The translations under genes and the position numbers were made by a program. DNA of 41,141 nucleotides, taken from the NCBI GenBank assembly GCA_964402495.1, contig CAYODB010000006.1, forward strand, positions 1 through 41,141, in the 5' to 3' direction. This document shows, piece after piece, positions 25,682 to 34,776 of this stretch. Below the pieces are notes generated by a model that worked only from the letters and a program-made list of their open reading frames with translations, did no database searches and was not told the DNA's origin. This DNA comes from an uncultured Bordetella sp. (lineage in GTDB: Bacteria > Pseudomonadota > Gammaproteobacteria > Burkholderiales > JACQAP01). Within the stretch, counting starts at the first letter, position 1. Each line of letters starts with the position of its first letter.

Positions 25682-26542
25682 TCAGAAAGGCAGGGAGGTG
25701 AACAGGCCCACTCCGAACACTTCGCTGCTGGTCCGGATGGCGAGCCCGACGCGATCGACATCGAAATATTTCAGTGACCAGGGCTTGCGGCTCATCACGC
25801 TGATGGCAAGCTCGAACTGCTCGCGCAGGCGGTTGTCCGCGTCGCTGAATTCGGCGAAGCGGATCTGATTGAAAAAATAGTAATAGATCGGGGTGAAGCC
25901 GATGAAGGCATCGCGTCCAAACAGGACCCTATTCGTCGGAATCACCAGGTCCAGTCCGATGGCAAGCACGCCGAAGGGCTGGGCCGGACCTCCGCGCGGG
26001 CGGTAGCCGGCGGCGGTCAGGCTGTTCACCAACGAGAATTCGACGCCTTTGTCCTCGCCCAGCAAGAAGCGGCTCTTGAGGCCGAAATCGTAAATCAGCG
26101 CCGATTCCCGGCCGGACAGCTCCTGTCCGAGTCCCGTCGAGAAATAAGGCTTCACGGTCCAGCGACGCGATAGCGGCATTTCCCATTCCAGGCCGGGCAT
26201 CACGCTCACGGTGCTGACCTGTTGGGGAAACTCGCCACTGAAGGCATCGTCGAAGGCGTAGTCGTAGAAGCCGAACGTGACAGGGATTTTCAGTTGCAAG
26301 CCGTACCGGCCTTCGCCAACCGGGCGCAGCACACGGGAGATCGGCAACTGAACGGCGGCAACCGTGCGGTCGCCGGCGGTATAAACCCCGGTGCCGAACG
26401 TGGCCGAGTAGTACCAGTTGATGAGGTCCTGCCTGTCCTGCACCGCGCGCGTCTGCCCGTGCGCGGGCAGTGCCGCGGCCGCAGCCAGCGAGGCAAGCAG
26501 GATCAGGCGTACAACGACGGGGAAAGAAACGGTAAAGCTCAC
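25682..26542 (-). CDS. Putative outer-membrane beta-barrel protein, function unknown
   Basis: Signal-like LILLASLAAAAALPAHG, aromatic alternating strands, C-terminal Phe; start uncertain. Confidence 0.65.
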   Translation of the reverse strand: MSFTVSFPVVVRLILLASLAAAAALPAHGQTRAVQDRQDLINWYYSATFGTGVYTAGDRTVAAVQLPISRVLRPVGEGRYGLQLKIPVTFGFYDYAFDDAFSGEFPQQVSTVSVMPGLEWEMPLSRRWTVKPYFSTGLGQELSGRESALIYDFGLKSRFLLGEDKGVEFSLVNSLTAAGYRPRGGPAQPFGVLAIGLDLVIPTNRVLFGRDAFIGFTPIYYYFFNQIRFAEFSDADNRLREQFELAISVMSRKPWSLKYFDVDRVGLAIRTSSEVFGVGLFTSLPF

Positions 26543-26549
26543 CGCAAGA

Positions 26550-27797
26550 TTATATTGGCGGGGCCTTCCAGAATTCACCGTTTTTCATGATTGCGCGCAG
26601 TTTTTGGCGATCCTGCAGGATGGCAACACTGGCCAGGGGGTCGCCGTCGACCAAAAGCAAGTCGGCCAGGTAGCCGGCCCTGACCTGGCCGATACGGTCT
26701 CCCATGCCCATGATCTCGCCGCCCAGCCGGGTGGCGGCGATGATCGCCTCCATCGGCGTAAATCCAAGGAGGTTGACGAAGTGCTCGATGTCGCGCGCGT
26801 CGGTGCCCACGGGGTTCCAGGAGAATCCATAGTCCCCGCCTATCAGGATACGCACGCCGCGCCGGTGCAGTTCGCGCATGCTTTCGATTCCGCGATCGAG
26901 TTCATGGGCGACACCCCGCTGCTCGGCGATCTGGCGCGTGATGCCCCAGGGCCCGGCTTCGTAGAGGGTCGTATACAGATGGCCGAGAACGGGTCCGACG
27001 AAAACCTCGTCCTTTGCCTCCTCGAGGGCATCCATCGCTTCCTCGTCCAGCAAGGTGGCGTGGTAGATCACCTGCACGCCGTGGCGCAGGCACATTTTCA
27101 CGGACTCGGCGCTGCGGGCATGGGCAGCGATCCGCTTGCCGTGCGCATGGGCGACGTCGCAGACCGCCGCCACTTCGGCTTCATTCATCACGGTCGTATC
27201 GGCCGGCGAGTGCGGGGTCCCCGCGTCGCCTGACACGTTGATCTTCAGCGTGTCCGCGCCTTCACGCACCATTGTCCGCGAGAACTTGCGAAATTCCGCG
27301 GGTCCGTCGCAGACCACCGCGAAATTCTCCCGGTACATGTGGTACAGGCGCACGTCGCCGAGCCCCGCGGAGACCGTCATTTCCGGGCTTGCCGCCAGGG
27401 TCCTGGGTCCGGGAACGGCGCCGCCGTCGATTGCGTTGCGCAAAACGATGTCCAGCCGCGGCTTGGCCGCGGCCGCGCTGAAACAGGAGGTGAATCCGGC
27501 ATCGAGCATGCGCCGCGCGTTCTGTGCGGTTTTCAGCATGTGTTCTTCCGGCGGAATGAAGCCCAGCTCCACGGAAAGTGCGACATCGGTGAACGTCAGG
27601 TGGGAATGCGCTTCGATCAGGCCGGGCATCAGCGTCGCGCCCCGGCCGTCAACGACCGCTGCATCGCGGACCACGGTTTGCGCGCCTTGCGGCATTACAG
27701 ACTCTATACGCTCGCCGCGCACCAGCACGCTGCCCCGGAATGGCGGCGCGCCGCTGCCGTCGAAGATGTTGACGTTGGTGAACAGCGTCGCGCCCAT
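26550..27797 (-). CDS. Metal-dependent amidohydrolase (COG1228), paralog 2
   Basis: Start MGATLFTNVNIFDG; MPGLIEAHSH, AAHARSAESVK, GGDYGF; closely similar to 3267-4541. Confidence 0.9.
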   Translation of the reverse strand: MGATLFTNVNIFDGSGAPPFRGSVLVRGERIESVMPQGAQTVVRDAAVVDGRGATLMPGLIEAHSHLTFTDVALSVELGFIPPEEHMLKTAQNARRMLDAGFTSCFSAAAAKPRLDIVLRNAIDGGAVPGPRTLAASPEMTVSAGLGDVRLYHMYRENFAVVCDGPAEFRKFSRTMVREGADTLKINVSGDAGTPHSPADTTVMNEAEVAAVCDVAHAHGKRIAAHARSAESVKMCLRHGVQVIYHATLLDEEAMDALEEAKDEVFVGPVLGHLYTTLYEAGPWGITRQIAEQRGVAHELDRGIESMRELHRRGVRILIGGDYGFSWNPVGTDARDIEHFVNLLGFTPMEAIIAATRLGGEIMGMGDRIGQVRAGYLADLLLVDGDPLASVAILQDRQKLRAIMKNGEFWKAPPI

Positions 27798-27811
27798 GGA
27801 AGCTATTGCGG

Positions 27812-28561
27812 CTAGAGGTTGTCGATGTACATCCGGTTCCAGGTCGGACTGATGATCAACTGATTGATGCAGGCGTGGGCGGGCATCTCGGCAATAAAGC
27901 GGATGGTGTTGCCGAGGTCTTCCGGCTGCAGCATGCGCGCCCGGTCCGCGGCGCTGGGCGGAACCGGACGCCGGTCCATGATCGGCGTGGCGACTTCCGC
28001 CGGGCAGATGGCGCAGGCGCGGATGCCGTTGGTGCATTCTTCCATGTTGATGGTTTCGGTCATCGCCGTGACCGCGTGCTTGCTCGCGTTATAGGCCGCG
28101 CCGGTAAGCTTGGGATGGAACACGCCAGCCCAGGACGACACGTTGATGATGAGTCCGTCCTTTTTTGCACGCATCGCCGGGATGACCGCCTGGCAGGTAT
28201 AGAACGACCCGTCGAGGTTGATGCCGATCACGTCGCGCCAGCCTTCGATCGTCTGGTTTTTCCAGTACCGGTTCGGCGTGTTCAACCCCGCGCTGTTGAC
28301 CAGGATATCGATGTGGCCATGGCGGGCCAGGATCGCATCCGCCACTTTTTTCACCGCCTTTGCATCGGACACGTCCAGGGCCTCGGCCTCCGCCGTTCCG
28401 CCCTTGATGCGGATCTTGTCGGCCTCGGGCGCCAGCACTTCCTTGCGCCGCCCGGACATCACCACGATCGCACCCGCATCCGCCAGCGCCTTCGCGCCCG
28501 CCAGGCCGATACCGGTGCCCGCTCCGGTGATCCACGCTACCTTGCCCTTCAGGTTACCCAT
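27812..28561 (-). CDS. SDR family oxidoreductase
   Basis: TGAGTGIG, LVNSAG, YNASK; ATG 28561 after GGGAGG. Confidence 0.92.
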   Translation of the reverse strand: MGNLKGKVAWITGAGTGIGLAGAKALADAGAIVVMSGRRKEVLAPEADKIRIKGGTAEAEALDVSDAKAVKKVADAILARHGHIDILVNSAGLNTPNRYWKNQTIEGWRDVIGINLDGSFYTCQAVIPAMRAKKDGLIINVSSWAGVFHPKLTGAAYNASKHAVTAMTETINMEECTNGIRACAICPAEVATPIMDRRPVPPSAADRARMLQPEDLGNTIRFIAEMPAHACINQLIISPTWNRMYIDNL

Positions 28562-28578
28562 GACTTCCCTCCCGAATA

Positions 28579-29556
28579 TCACGCCGTTGTTGAGATCTTG
28601 CGGTCGATTCCACGAGCGCCATCAAAGGCCGCGAGCATCACCTCGGCGGACTCGGCCACGGCTCGTCTGGCCGCGTCCACCGCGCCGCCCATCAGGTAGA
28701 AGCCGTGGACCATGCCTTCGTAGTTCGACAGCCGCACGCGGTTTCCCGCCTCGATCAGCCTTTTCGCATAGTCGATGCCTTCGTCGCGAAGCGGATCGTA
28801 TCCGGCGACGATGATCAGCGAAGGTGGCAGGCCCGACAGGTCGTCCAGCAGCAAGGGCGCGAAACGGAAGTCGTTCGAATCCTTGCCGCTGCGCAAGTAC
28901 TGCTTGTAGAACCACGTGATCGAATTCCGCGAGAGGATATACCCCTCCTTGAATTTGTGGTGCGACGCCGTTTCCGGCTCGGGAGCCACGCACGGATAGA
29001 TCAGCAACTGGAACACGAGCTTCGGATGCGCGGCATCGCGCGCAAGGATTGCCATCACCGTCGCCAGATTGGCGCCGGCGCTGTCCCCACCGACCGCCAT
29101 GCAACTTGCGTCACCGCCGAATTCGACGGCATGCAGAGCCACCCACTTCATCGCAGCCTGGCTATCTTCCACCGCAGCCGGGAATCGGGATTCGGGCGCC
29201 AGGCGGTAGTCGACCGACACGACGATGCATTCCGCCTTGTTGGCCAGCATGCGGCAGACGGAATCGTGGGTTTCCAGGGAACCGATCACGAATCCGCCGC
29301 CGTGGAACCACATCAGCACCGGCAATTTCTCCGCGGTCTTGAGTTCGCGTGGCGTATAGATTCGGATCGGAATGTCGCTGCCCGGACCGGGAATGCGCCG
29401 ATCCTCGGCGCGAAAGATGGGTTCTCCGAACTTCAGCTTGTTGACGCGCGTCATATACTGCTCACGCCCCTGGTCCGGAGTGAGCTGCCAGACCTCGGGC
29501 AGGTTGGCCTTCTTTGCCAGGCCAAGAAGGATTTCGATTTGCGGGTCAAGCGGCAT
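28579..29556 (-). CDS. Alpha/beta hydrolase, HSL-family esterase
   Basis: HGGGF, DYRLAPE, GDSAGANL, DPLRDEG, HGF. Confidence 0.94.
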   Translation of the reverse strand: MPLDPQIEILLGLAKKANLPEVWQLTPDQGREQYMTRVNKLKFGEPIFRAEDRRIPGPGSDIPIRIYTPRELKTAEKLPVLMWFHGGGFVIGSLETHDSVCRMLANKAECIVVSVDYRLAPESRFPAAVEDSQAAMKWVALHAVEFGGDASCMAVGGDSAGANLATVMAILARDAAHPKLVFQLLIYPCVAPEPETASHHKFKEGYILSRNSITWFYKQYLRSGKDSNDFRFAPLLLDDLSGLPPSLIIVAGYDPLRDEGIDYAKRLIEAGNRVRLSNYEGMVHGFYLMGGAVDAARRAVAESAEVMLAAFDGARGIDRKISTTA

Positions 29557-29580
29557 ACATTCCCTCTCTCAAACTAACTC

Positions 29581-29722
29581 TCACCGCAGAGGACGCGGAG
29601 GAAAGGCAAGAGCAAGAAAGCAAGTTTGGGGGATGCATCTTATTGGCTCACGATCCATTCCAGAGAACGTTGGCCGTTCCTCGCTTTTCTTTTCCTCCGT
29701 GTCCTCTGCGTCCTCCGCGGTT
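29581..29722. repeat. CRCRRAG-family inverted-repeat element, complete copy
   Basis: accgcagaggacgcggagga (29583-29602) vs tcctctgcgtcctccgcggt (29702-29721), 18/20 complementary. Confidence 0.85.
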
Positions 29723-29755
29723 GGCGTTTCGTTTTGTTTACATTCCCGTCCGTCG

Positions 29756-30163
29756 CTATTGAGCTGCGGAAGGGTACAGGAGCTTGAAGGTGCCGGTGGC
29801 CTTGGCGAGCAGCGTGCCGTCCTCGCCGCGCAATTCGCCTTCGGAAAAAATCAGCGAGCGGCCTGCGCGCTGCGCACGCCCTTCTCCGAGAACGGGGCCC
29901 ATCGCGGCCGCGATGAAGTTCACCTTCATTTCCACCGTGAGGGCGCCATTGCAGGTTTCATCCAGTGCCCGCCCCGCGCTGGCCAGCGCCACGTCGAGCA
30001 TGGTCATCAGCACGCCGCCATGCACCGAACCCCAGCTATTCGCCAGTTCCGGACGAGGATCCAGGCGCAGCCTTACCAGGCCGTCGCCCTTTTCCAGGAT
30101 GCGGATTCCAAGATGCTCGACGAAGGGTACATGGATGTTGAACCCTGCTTTCTGCGCGGCCAT
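29756..30163 (-). CDS. PaaI family thioesterase
   Basis: NSWGSVHGGVLMTMLDVA, TVEMKVNF, AKATGTF. Confidence 0.92.
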   Translation of the reverse strand: MAAQKAGFNIHVPFVEHLGIRILEKGDGLVRLRLDPRPELANSWGSVHGGVLMTMLDVALASAGRALDETCNGALTVEMKVNFIAAAMGPVLGEGRAQRAGRSLIFSEGELRGEDGTLLAKATGTFKLLYPSAAQ

Positions 30164-30169
30164 CCGTGC

Positions 30170-30946
30170 CTACATCGAGACCAGGCCGCCATCGACCGCC
30201 ACGATCTGGCCGGTGATGTAGGCGGAGGCATCGGACGCCAGCAGGACTGCCAGTCCTTTCAAATCGAAGTCCGTGCCCAGACGCTTCATTGGCGTCATTT
30301 CCATGATGATCTGCTCGGCCCGGTCGATCATGCCCTGCGACATTTTAGAGGGAAATACACCCGGCGCGATGGCATTCACGGTGATGCCATGGTGCGCCCA
30401 TTCCACCGCCAGCGAGCGGGTGAAGTTGACCACCCCACCCTTGCTGGCGTTGTAGGCGATGGTCGGCATCATGCGCGGATCGGTCCCGACCAGGCCGGCG
30501 ATCGAAGCGAGATTGATGATGCGTCCGTATTTGCGCGGAATCATGCTGAGCTTGCCCACCGTCTGGCTCATCAGGAACACTGCTGTCAGATTCAGATTGA
30601 TGATCTTGTACCAGGCGTCCAGCGGATGGTCCTCTGCCGGCGCACCCCATGCCGCCCCGGCATTGTTGACCAGGATATCGATCTGCCCGTGGCTTTTCAG
30701 GATCTGCTCCACCATCGGCTTCACGGAATCGGTGTCCTGCAGGTCGTTGGTGACCGCGAGCGCATCGATGCTCATGCCGTTCAGGTGCGCCTTCGCCTCC
30801 TCCAGTTCACCGGCCTTGCGTGCGGTGATCACCACTTTGGCGCCCATCTCCCCGAGGGCTTCGGCCATTTGCAATCCCAGACCGCGCGATCCACCTGTAA
30901 TGAGCGCGGTTCTTCCGGACAAGTCGAACAATTTTTTGACGTTCAT
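30170..30946 (-). CDS. SDR family oxidoreductase (gluconate 5-dehydrogenase-like)
   Basis: TGGSRGLG, NNAG, YNASKGG, VNAIAPG, VDGG. Confidence 0.93.
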   Translation of the reverse strand: MNVKKLFDLSGRTALITGGSRGLGLQMAEALGEMGAKVVITARKAGELEEAKAHLNGMSIDALAVTNDLQDTDSVKPMVEQILKSHGQIDILVNNAGAAWGAPAEDHPLDAWYKIINLNLTAVFLMSQTVGKLSMIPRKYGRIINLASIAGLVGTDPRMMPTIAYNASKGGVVNFTRSLAVEWAHHGITVNAIAPGVFPSKMSQGMIDRAEQIIMEMTPMKRLGTDFDLKGLAVLLASDASAYITGQIVAVDGGLVSM

Positions 30947-30967
30947 ATATTCCCCTCAAGAGACGCA

Positions 30968-31001
30968 TTCACCACGAAGGACACGAAGGTACGCAAAGGA
31001 G
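30968..31001. repeat. Left arm of the CRCRRAG family at the left island border
   Basis: ttcaccacgaaggacacgaaggtacgcaaaggag; no convincing partner within the usual ~200 bp. Confidence 0.75.
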
Positions 31002-31303
31002 TTCAAGAACACAACCGGCGCGGAAGCTAAAAAGAAATCGCAGCTATGTACATGAATTAGCGCACGCCAAGACCCGCTTTGGTGTCGACGCGTTGGTATA
31101 AAAAAACACGCGCGCCTACTCCGCGCGATTTGTTGACTTTCCTCTTTGTCTTCGCCTTGCGTGGGGCTGGTGGCACACCGATAGCAACAATGCTCCCAAA
31201 TCAGCGGCACATGTCGATTAGTCAACATGTCTTCCTGTCGTTTACCTGGACCTGGCTGCCGCACCAAGCGCTCGTCTAGCGCTGCGAGAGGCGATGCAAC
31301 CCC

Positions 31304-31888
31304 TTAGTCGCCTTTATTAGGCTTCAATGTGCGCAGCAAGTCCTGCAAGGCCCGAGCATCAGTAGGTTCCTTCGCCAACAGCATGCCCTCAAATTGGAGC
31401 GCATTTTCAGAGAAAAGGATTACTGGGTAGGTGCGCTTGCCTTCCTCTGGCAGATTTGGCTTAGAGGTTCCCTGGATGAATTTTCTAACTACTGTTGTCT
31501 CCATGACGACTGGCTCAGACCCTGCCGGGTACAAGCGTAGCGTGAACGGACCACTGGTTAGACCAGGCGTCGCGACACTCCAGAGACGCCAAAAATAATG
31601 GGTGCCATACGAACCACGCATTTCGGTTAGTGACGCTTCTATGAAGCCGGTTTTTTCTTCCGCGTATAGAAAGATAGTTTCATGCTCTGGCAAAAAGACC
31701 ATCGCTAGGTTGCGACCATCCTTGCCATGTATTGCGTATGTGGTTGGTTCCGGTGGAGGAGACCAAACTGTGACGATGCAGCCCTTAAGGCCAAAAAAAA
31801 CGATAACCACAACAAACGCGGCGATTCCGACTTTAGGAAGGATCGACACTATTTGCAATTGGCCACGCTTGGCGAAACTCAAGTGCAC
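31304..31888 (-). CDS. Hypothetical protein with N-terminal membrane anchor
   Basis: 194-aa ORF with hydrophobic VGIAAFVVVIVFFGL segment; start uncertain. Confidence 0.6.
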   Translation of the reverse strand: MHLSFAKRGQLQIVSILPKVGIAAFVVVIVFFGLKGCIVTVWSPPPEPTTYAIHGKDGRNLAMVFLPEHETIFLYAEEKTGFIEASLTEMRGSYGTHYFWRLWSVATPGLTSGPFTLRLYPAGSEPVVMETTVVRKFIQGTSKPNLPEEGKRTYPVILFSENALQFEGMLLAKEPTDARALQDLLRTLKPNKGD

Positions 31889-31900
31889 TCCTCAACGCGG

Positions 31901-32107
31901 CTACGTCGGATTCACATGGTTCATGTGTGCGAACTCCCCTTGTGCGAGAGCGTCGGGCTTCTTCAACTTATACCGTAGTCGCGCGTTCTCGGAGGAAGTT
32001 AGCATTTCGGAATCCCATGAGGCATTCGGCGAAGGCGAGGGCGAGGGCTGGAAGTACTTTGCGCGATACCTTTCTGCTGTCTCGGTATTGTGATCCCTTA
32101 ACCTCAA
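31901..32107 (-). CDS. Short hypothetical ORF, possibly a gene fragment
   Basis: 68 aa, TTG start overlapping the upstream stop by 4 nt. Confidence 0.3.
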   Translation of the reverse strand: MRLRDHNTETAERYRAKYFQPSPSPSPNASWDSEMLTSSENARLRYKLKKPDALAQGEFAHMNHVNPT

Positions 32108-32655
32108 CTTCCTCCCCTGCGATCATCTGGCCTCCCAGCAAGAACCCATCTGACCATCTCTAATATACACACCATCGTTTGCGATGGCGGAGCCTTTAGC
32201 TTTTCTATGGCGAGCGGATCGTTGTGGATTGACTTGGCAACAAGCTCGGCGTCAACGATGTTCTTGCCGTTAACTTCAATGCCGAACGCCTCCAAGTCTT
32301 CCGGCGTGGTAATCATGTCCATGTATTTCGGGTCGTTGACTCCGAGTGCGTCAGCATAAGCGTTCATTTCGCGCGCGAGCTTTTGTTCCCGTGCCTGCTT
32401 TTCTTTTTCTTCCTCCGTCAACTCCGAATAGGGTTTCCGGTGATTTGAATAATGGTGGCGATTCTGAAATAGACCGTCGTACATTTTCCGTTGAAGCGCC
32501 GTCGCGCCACCATCTTCCGCCATTTCTTCAGCAGTGAGATAGCCATGCTCATGCAGCTTCGCAACCATTTCCCTCAGGCTTAAGCCATCGTCCCTGAGCA
32601 CGAATCCTACACCCGCGATACAGACATTCTTCATTGCCTTCGCCTCCTGACTCAT
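32104..32655 (-). CDS. Hypothetical protein, possibly a fragment of a mobile-element protein
   Basis: 183 aa, charged and helical (EEEKEKQAREQKLAREM); no recognised motif. Confidence 0.5.
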   Translation of the reverse strand: MSQEAKAMKNVCIAGVGFVLRDDGLSLREMVAKLHEHGYLTAEEMAEDGGATALQRKMYDGLFQNRHHYSNHRKPYSELTEEEKEKQAREQKLAREMNAYADALGVNDPKYMDMITTPEDLEAFGIEVNGKNIVDAELVAKSIHNDPLAIEKLKAPPSQTMVCILEMVRWVLAGRPDDRRGGS

Positions 32656-32725
32656 CCAGGTCGTCCAATTCGACCAGGTGACCGTGAGCGCCGCCTCTGA
32701 TGGAGACCGGAGCAGCCCTTAAGGT

Positions 32726-33433
32726 TCACTGACTACCGTCCCGTGACTTTTTCTTCATCAGTAGATGCACCGCTTCGATAACCAATAGGGGATGGCCGCG
32801 AGGGCATATTAGTCGAGCGAAATTCCAGCCTGGGCGACCACGATCGTCCTTTGGAACAAGTGCTCCGGTAGGAAAGGTCTCCCGGCATTGAAGGCACCGG
32901 ACCTTTCCCTCGCCTGCGCGGATGAGGTCGTCTGCAACGTACTTAAACCTCGTCCATGCAGATGGAACCGGGGTAAGGTGGTGTTGTGCCTCGTTTCTGC
33001 TTTGAACCCAATTAAGTAGGGCGCCTTCCTCATCGCGCGCTAAATGCGGGTGCTCTTGAAGCTTCTCAAGGAGAAAGCGTTCAACATTTGATGCGTGAAA
33101 ATGGAATTCACCGAATGTTTCATCGCCTTCTTCGTTCTCCGGCTTGTACGTGACAATGGCTTCGCAAGCAGGTGGCGTCGTCCAAAGCTGATCTCGTGTG
33201 CGCGTACGCGCCGCCAAATCATAATCGTCCTCAAAGAGCGTGCTTGGGCTAAGAAGCGCCTTTGGCCTAAATGCCGTCAGTGGCCATAGGACAGAGAAAA
33301 AGATGAACGTCGTCCAGATTTGAAGTTTATTGAAGTGCCAGTCGTAGCCATCCAGCCGACGAAGCATGTGCCACCCAAGGCGCGACGCGACGAGCAATGC
33401 TCCGGCAAGGTAGGTGTACAAGATGGCAGTCAT
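32726..33433 (-). CDS. Hypothetical membrane protein with C-terminal zinc-ribbon-like motif
   Basis: Two N-terminal hydrophobic segments; CLQC...CPRGH near the C-terminus. Confidence 0.65.
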   Translation of the reverse strand: MTAILYTYLAGALLVASRLGWHMLRRLDGYDWHFNKLQIWTTFIFFSVLWPLTAFRPKALLSPSTLFEDDYDLAARTRTRDQLWTTPPACEAIVTYKPENEEGDETFGEFHFHASNVERFLLEKLQEHPHLARDEEGALLNWVQSRNEAQHHLTPVPSAWTRFKYVADDLIRAGEGKVRCLQCRETFPTGALVPKDDRGRPGWNFARLICPRGHPLLVIEAVHLLMKKKSRDGSQ

Positions 33434-33469
33434 CGCTTCGTCTGTGCCGGCTTCGTTCAATCGGGTGAC

Positions 33470-33907
33470 TTACGTTTGCCCCAAACGCAATAGGTCTCGG
33501 ATTAGCGCATTCATTGACGAAGCGCTGGTCAGTTTGGCACGGTTCATTTTTCCACCCATCACGGCTCTGTTGACGCGATCCTTGAGGACATAGGGCAGCT
33601 TTGCATCTGCTGCAGACAGGCGAAAATGCTCCTCTGCCCGTTGTTCAAGAGTCCAGTAGTAGAAAGGAAACTGTCGTCGCACTTTCTCTGCGGCTTCCTC
33701 TTCGGAAAGACCGTCGTTCTGTATGAACTTCTGAAGCGCGCCCACAAGGAAAACGTTGTCAGTTTTCTCAAAGAGCTTACAGTCAGCGAGCGACAAGCTT
33801 GCCCACCACTCGTCGTCCTCGGTGCGAACGAGCGCCTTGTCTTCTGGGTGAATTTCACAGGTAGGGGCAGGCTGCTTGGGCCCAAATAGCTTAGCAAAGA
33901 ATCCCAT
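33470..33907 (-). CDS. Hypothetical protein
   Basis: MGFFAKLFGPK start after a strong AGGAGAGG RBS. Confidence 0.7.
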   Translation of the reverse strand: MGFFAKLFGPKQPAPTCEIHPEDKALVRTEDDEWWASLSLADCKLFEKTDNVFLVGALQKFIQNDGLSEEEAAEKVRRQFPFYYWTLEQRAEEHFRLSAADAKLPYVLKDRVNRAVMGGKMNRAKLTSASSMNALIRDLLRLGQT

Positions 33908-34012
33908 AGTTTCCTCTCCTTGTTTCCACATGGCGCTGACGGGCTCAGACTAACAACGAGGCGCTCTTCACGAATGAGGTTCGTTAGAGTCTTGCTATCG
34001 AGCAAGCGGCCT

Positions 34013-34354
34013 TCAACTGGTAGATACAACGTCGACGTATGAAGCGCAGCCCACGACTGTTCCTACGACTATCGCGAAGATAGCGCGCTTATGCAAAGGC
34101 AACACTGTTGGAGACTCCTTTGGAGGGAGACCGGCGAGAGTGATGGCGAACCAGACAGCTGTAAAAAACGGCGGGTTAATTGAACTGCCCAATATGCGAT
34201 GCAAGAGCATATTTGCCACAGCGAGCACGCCGACAAAGACTACCCATGGCCAGCCGGAGTGATAGGACCCGAGATTGTTAAGGCTGACCCTGGCAATAGT
34301 AAAGAGGACGAAAGTACCAACGAGCACTTTTGCGACCCCGTAGATGAAGTCCAT
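34013..34354 (-). CDS. Hypothetical small multi-pass membrane protein
   Basis: MDFIYGVAKVLVG start after GGGAG; about four hydrophobic segments. Confidence 0.6.
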   Translation of the reverse strand: MDFIYGVAKVLVGTFVLFTIARVSLNNLGSYHSGWPWVVFVGVLAVANMLLHRILGSSINPPFFTAVWFAITLAGLPPKESPTVLPLHKRAIFAIVVGTVVGCASYVDVVSTS

Positions 34355-34401
34355 GCGCTGCTCCCACAAACTACATTTAAATAGTGCGTCGAAGCAATAC
34401 G

Positions 34402-34659
34402 TCAGTCCTTCCTGCGTTCCACCTTGTTTATGCGGCTTCCTGGCGGGAGAGACTTCAGCCATTCAACGAGGTCATCATAGCTAATTTGGGTCTCCGTGGA
34501 CTCGCACCCAAAAATATGTTCGAAACGAGTCGCCAGACGCAATCGCTTGAGGAGTCTGGTTGTTTCGCCGAGAATCGTCTTGCGCTGCTCAGGTGGAAGT
34601 TTTGCGAGACGGTCTTCGTGTTCCTTGCTGATGCTGTCGGATTCCAATTTATCCCCCAT
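34402..34659 (-). CDS. Hypothetical protein (85 aa)
   Basis: Protein-like ORF, but the ATG sits just after a strong hairpin with no RBS. Confidence 0.4.
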   Translation of the reverse strand: MGDKLESDSISKEHEDRLAKLPPEQRKTILGETTRLLKRLRLATRFEHIFGCESTETQISYDDLVEWLKSLPPGSRINKVERRKD

Positions 34660-34663
34660 TAGG

Positions 34664-34685
34664 CCTGGCGGCTTTCGCCGCCAGG
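34664..34685. terminator. Strong GNRA-capped hairpin after the small peptide ORF
   Basis: CCTGGCGGC-GAAA-GCCGCCAGG (minus strand); no long U-tract. Confidence 0.5.
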
Positions 34686-34692
34686 GTTGTGA

Positions 34693-34776
34693 CTAGCTGA
34701 AGAAGAGCATGAGCAGCGCCAGCATGTACTGGAACTGCCTGTAGCTCAACTTCAACTTGAGCGTAAGCTCAATCAT
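34693..34776 (-). CDS. 27-aa hydrophobic peptide, candidate type I toxin-like small protein
   Basis: MIELTLKLKLSYRQFQYMLALLMLFFS; GGGAG 5 nt upstream of the ATG; structured leader. Confidence 0.5.
   Translation of the reverse strand: MIELTLKLKLSYRQFQYMLALLMLFFS

Noticed and set aside
33947-33992. attC-like site (ctctaac...gttagtc on the minus strand) suggesting integron cassettes
   Set aside because: Only about 42 bp, imperfect core sites, no similar site after the other island genes and no integrase.
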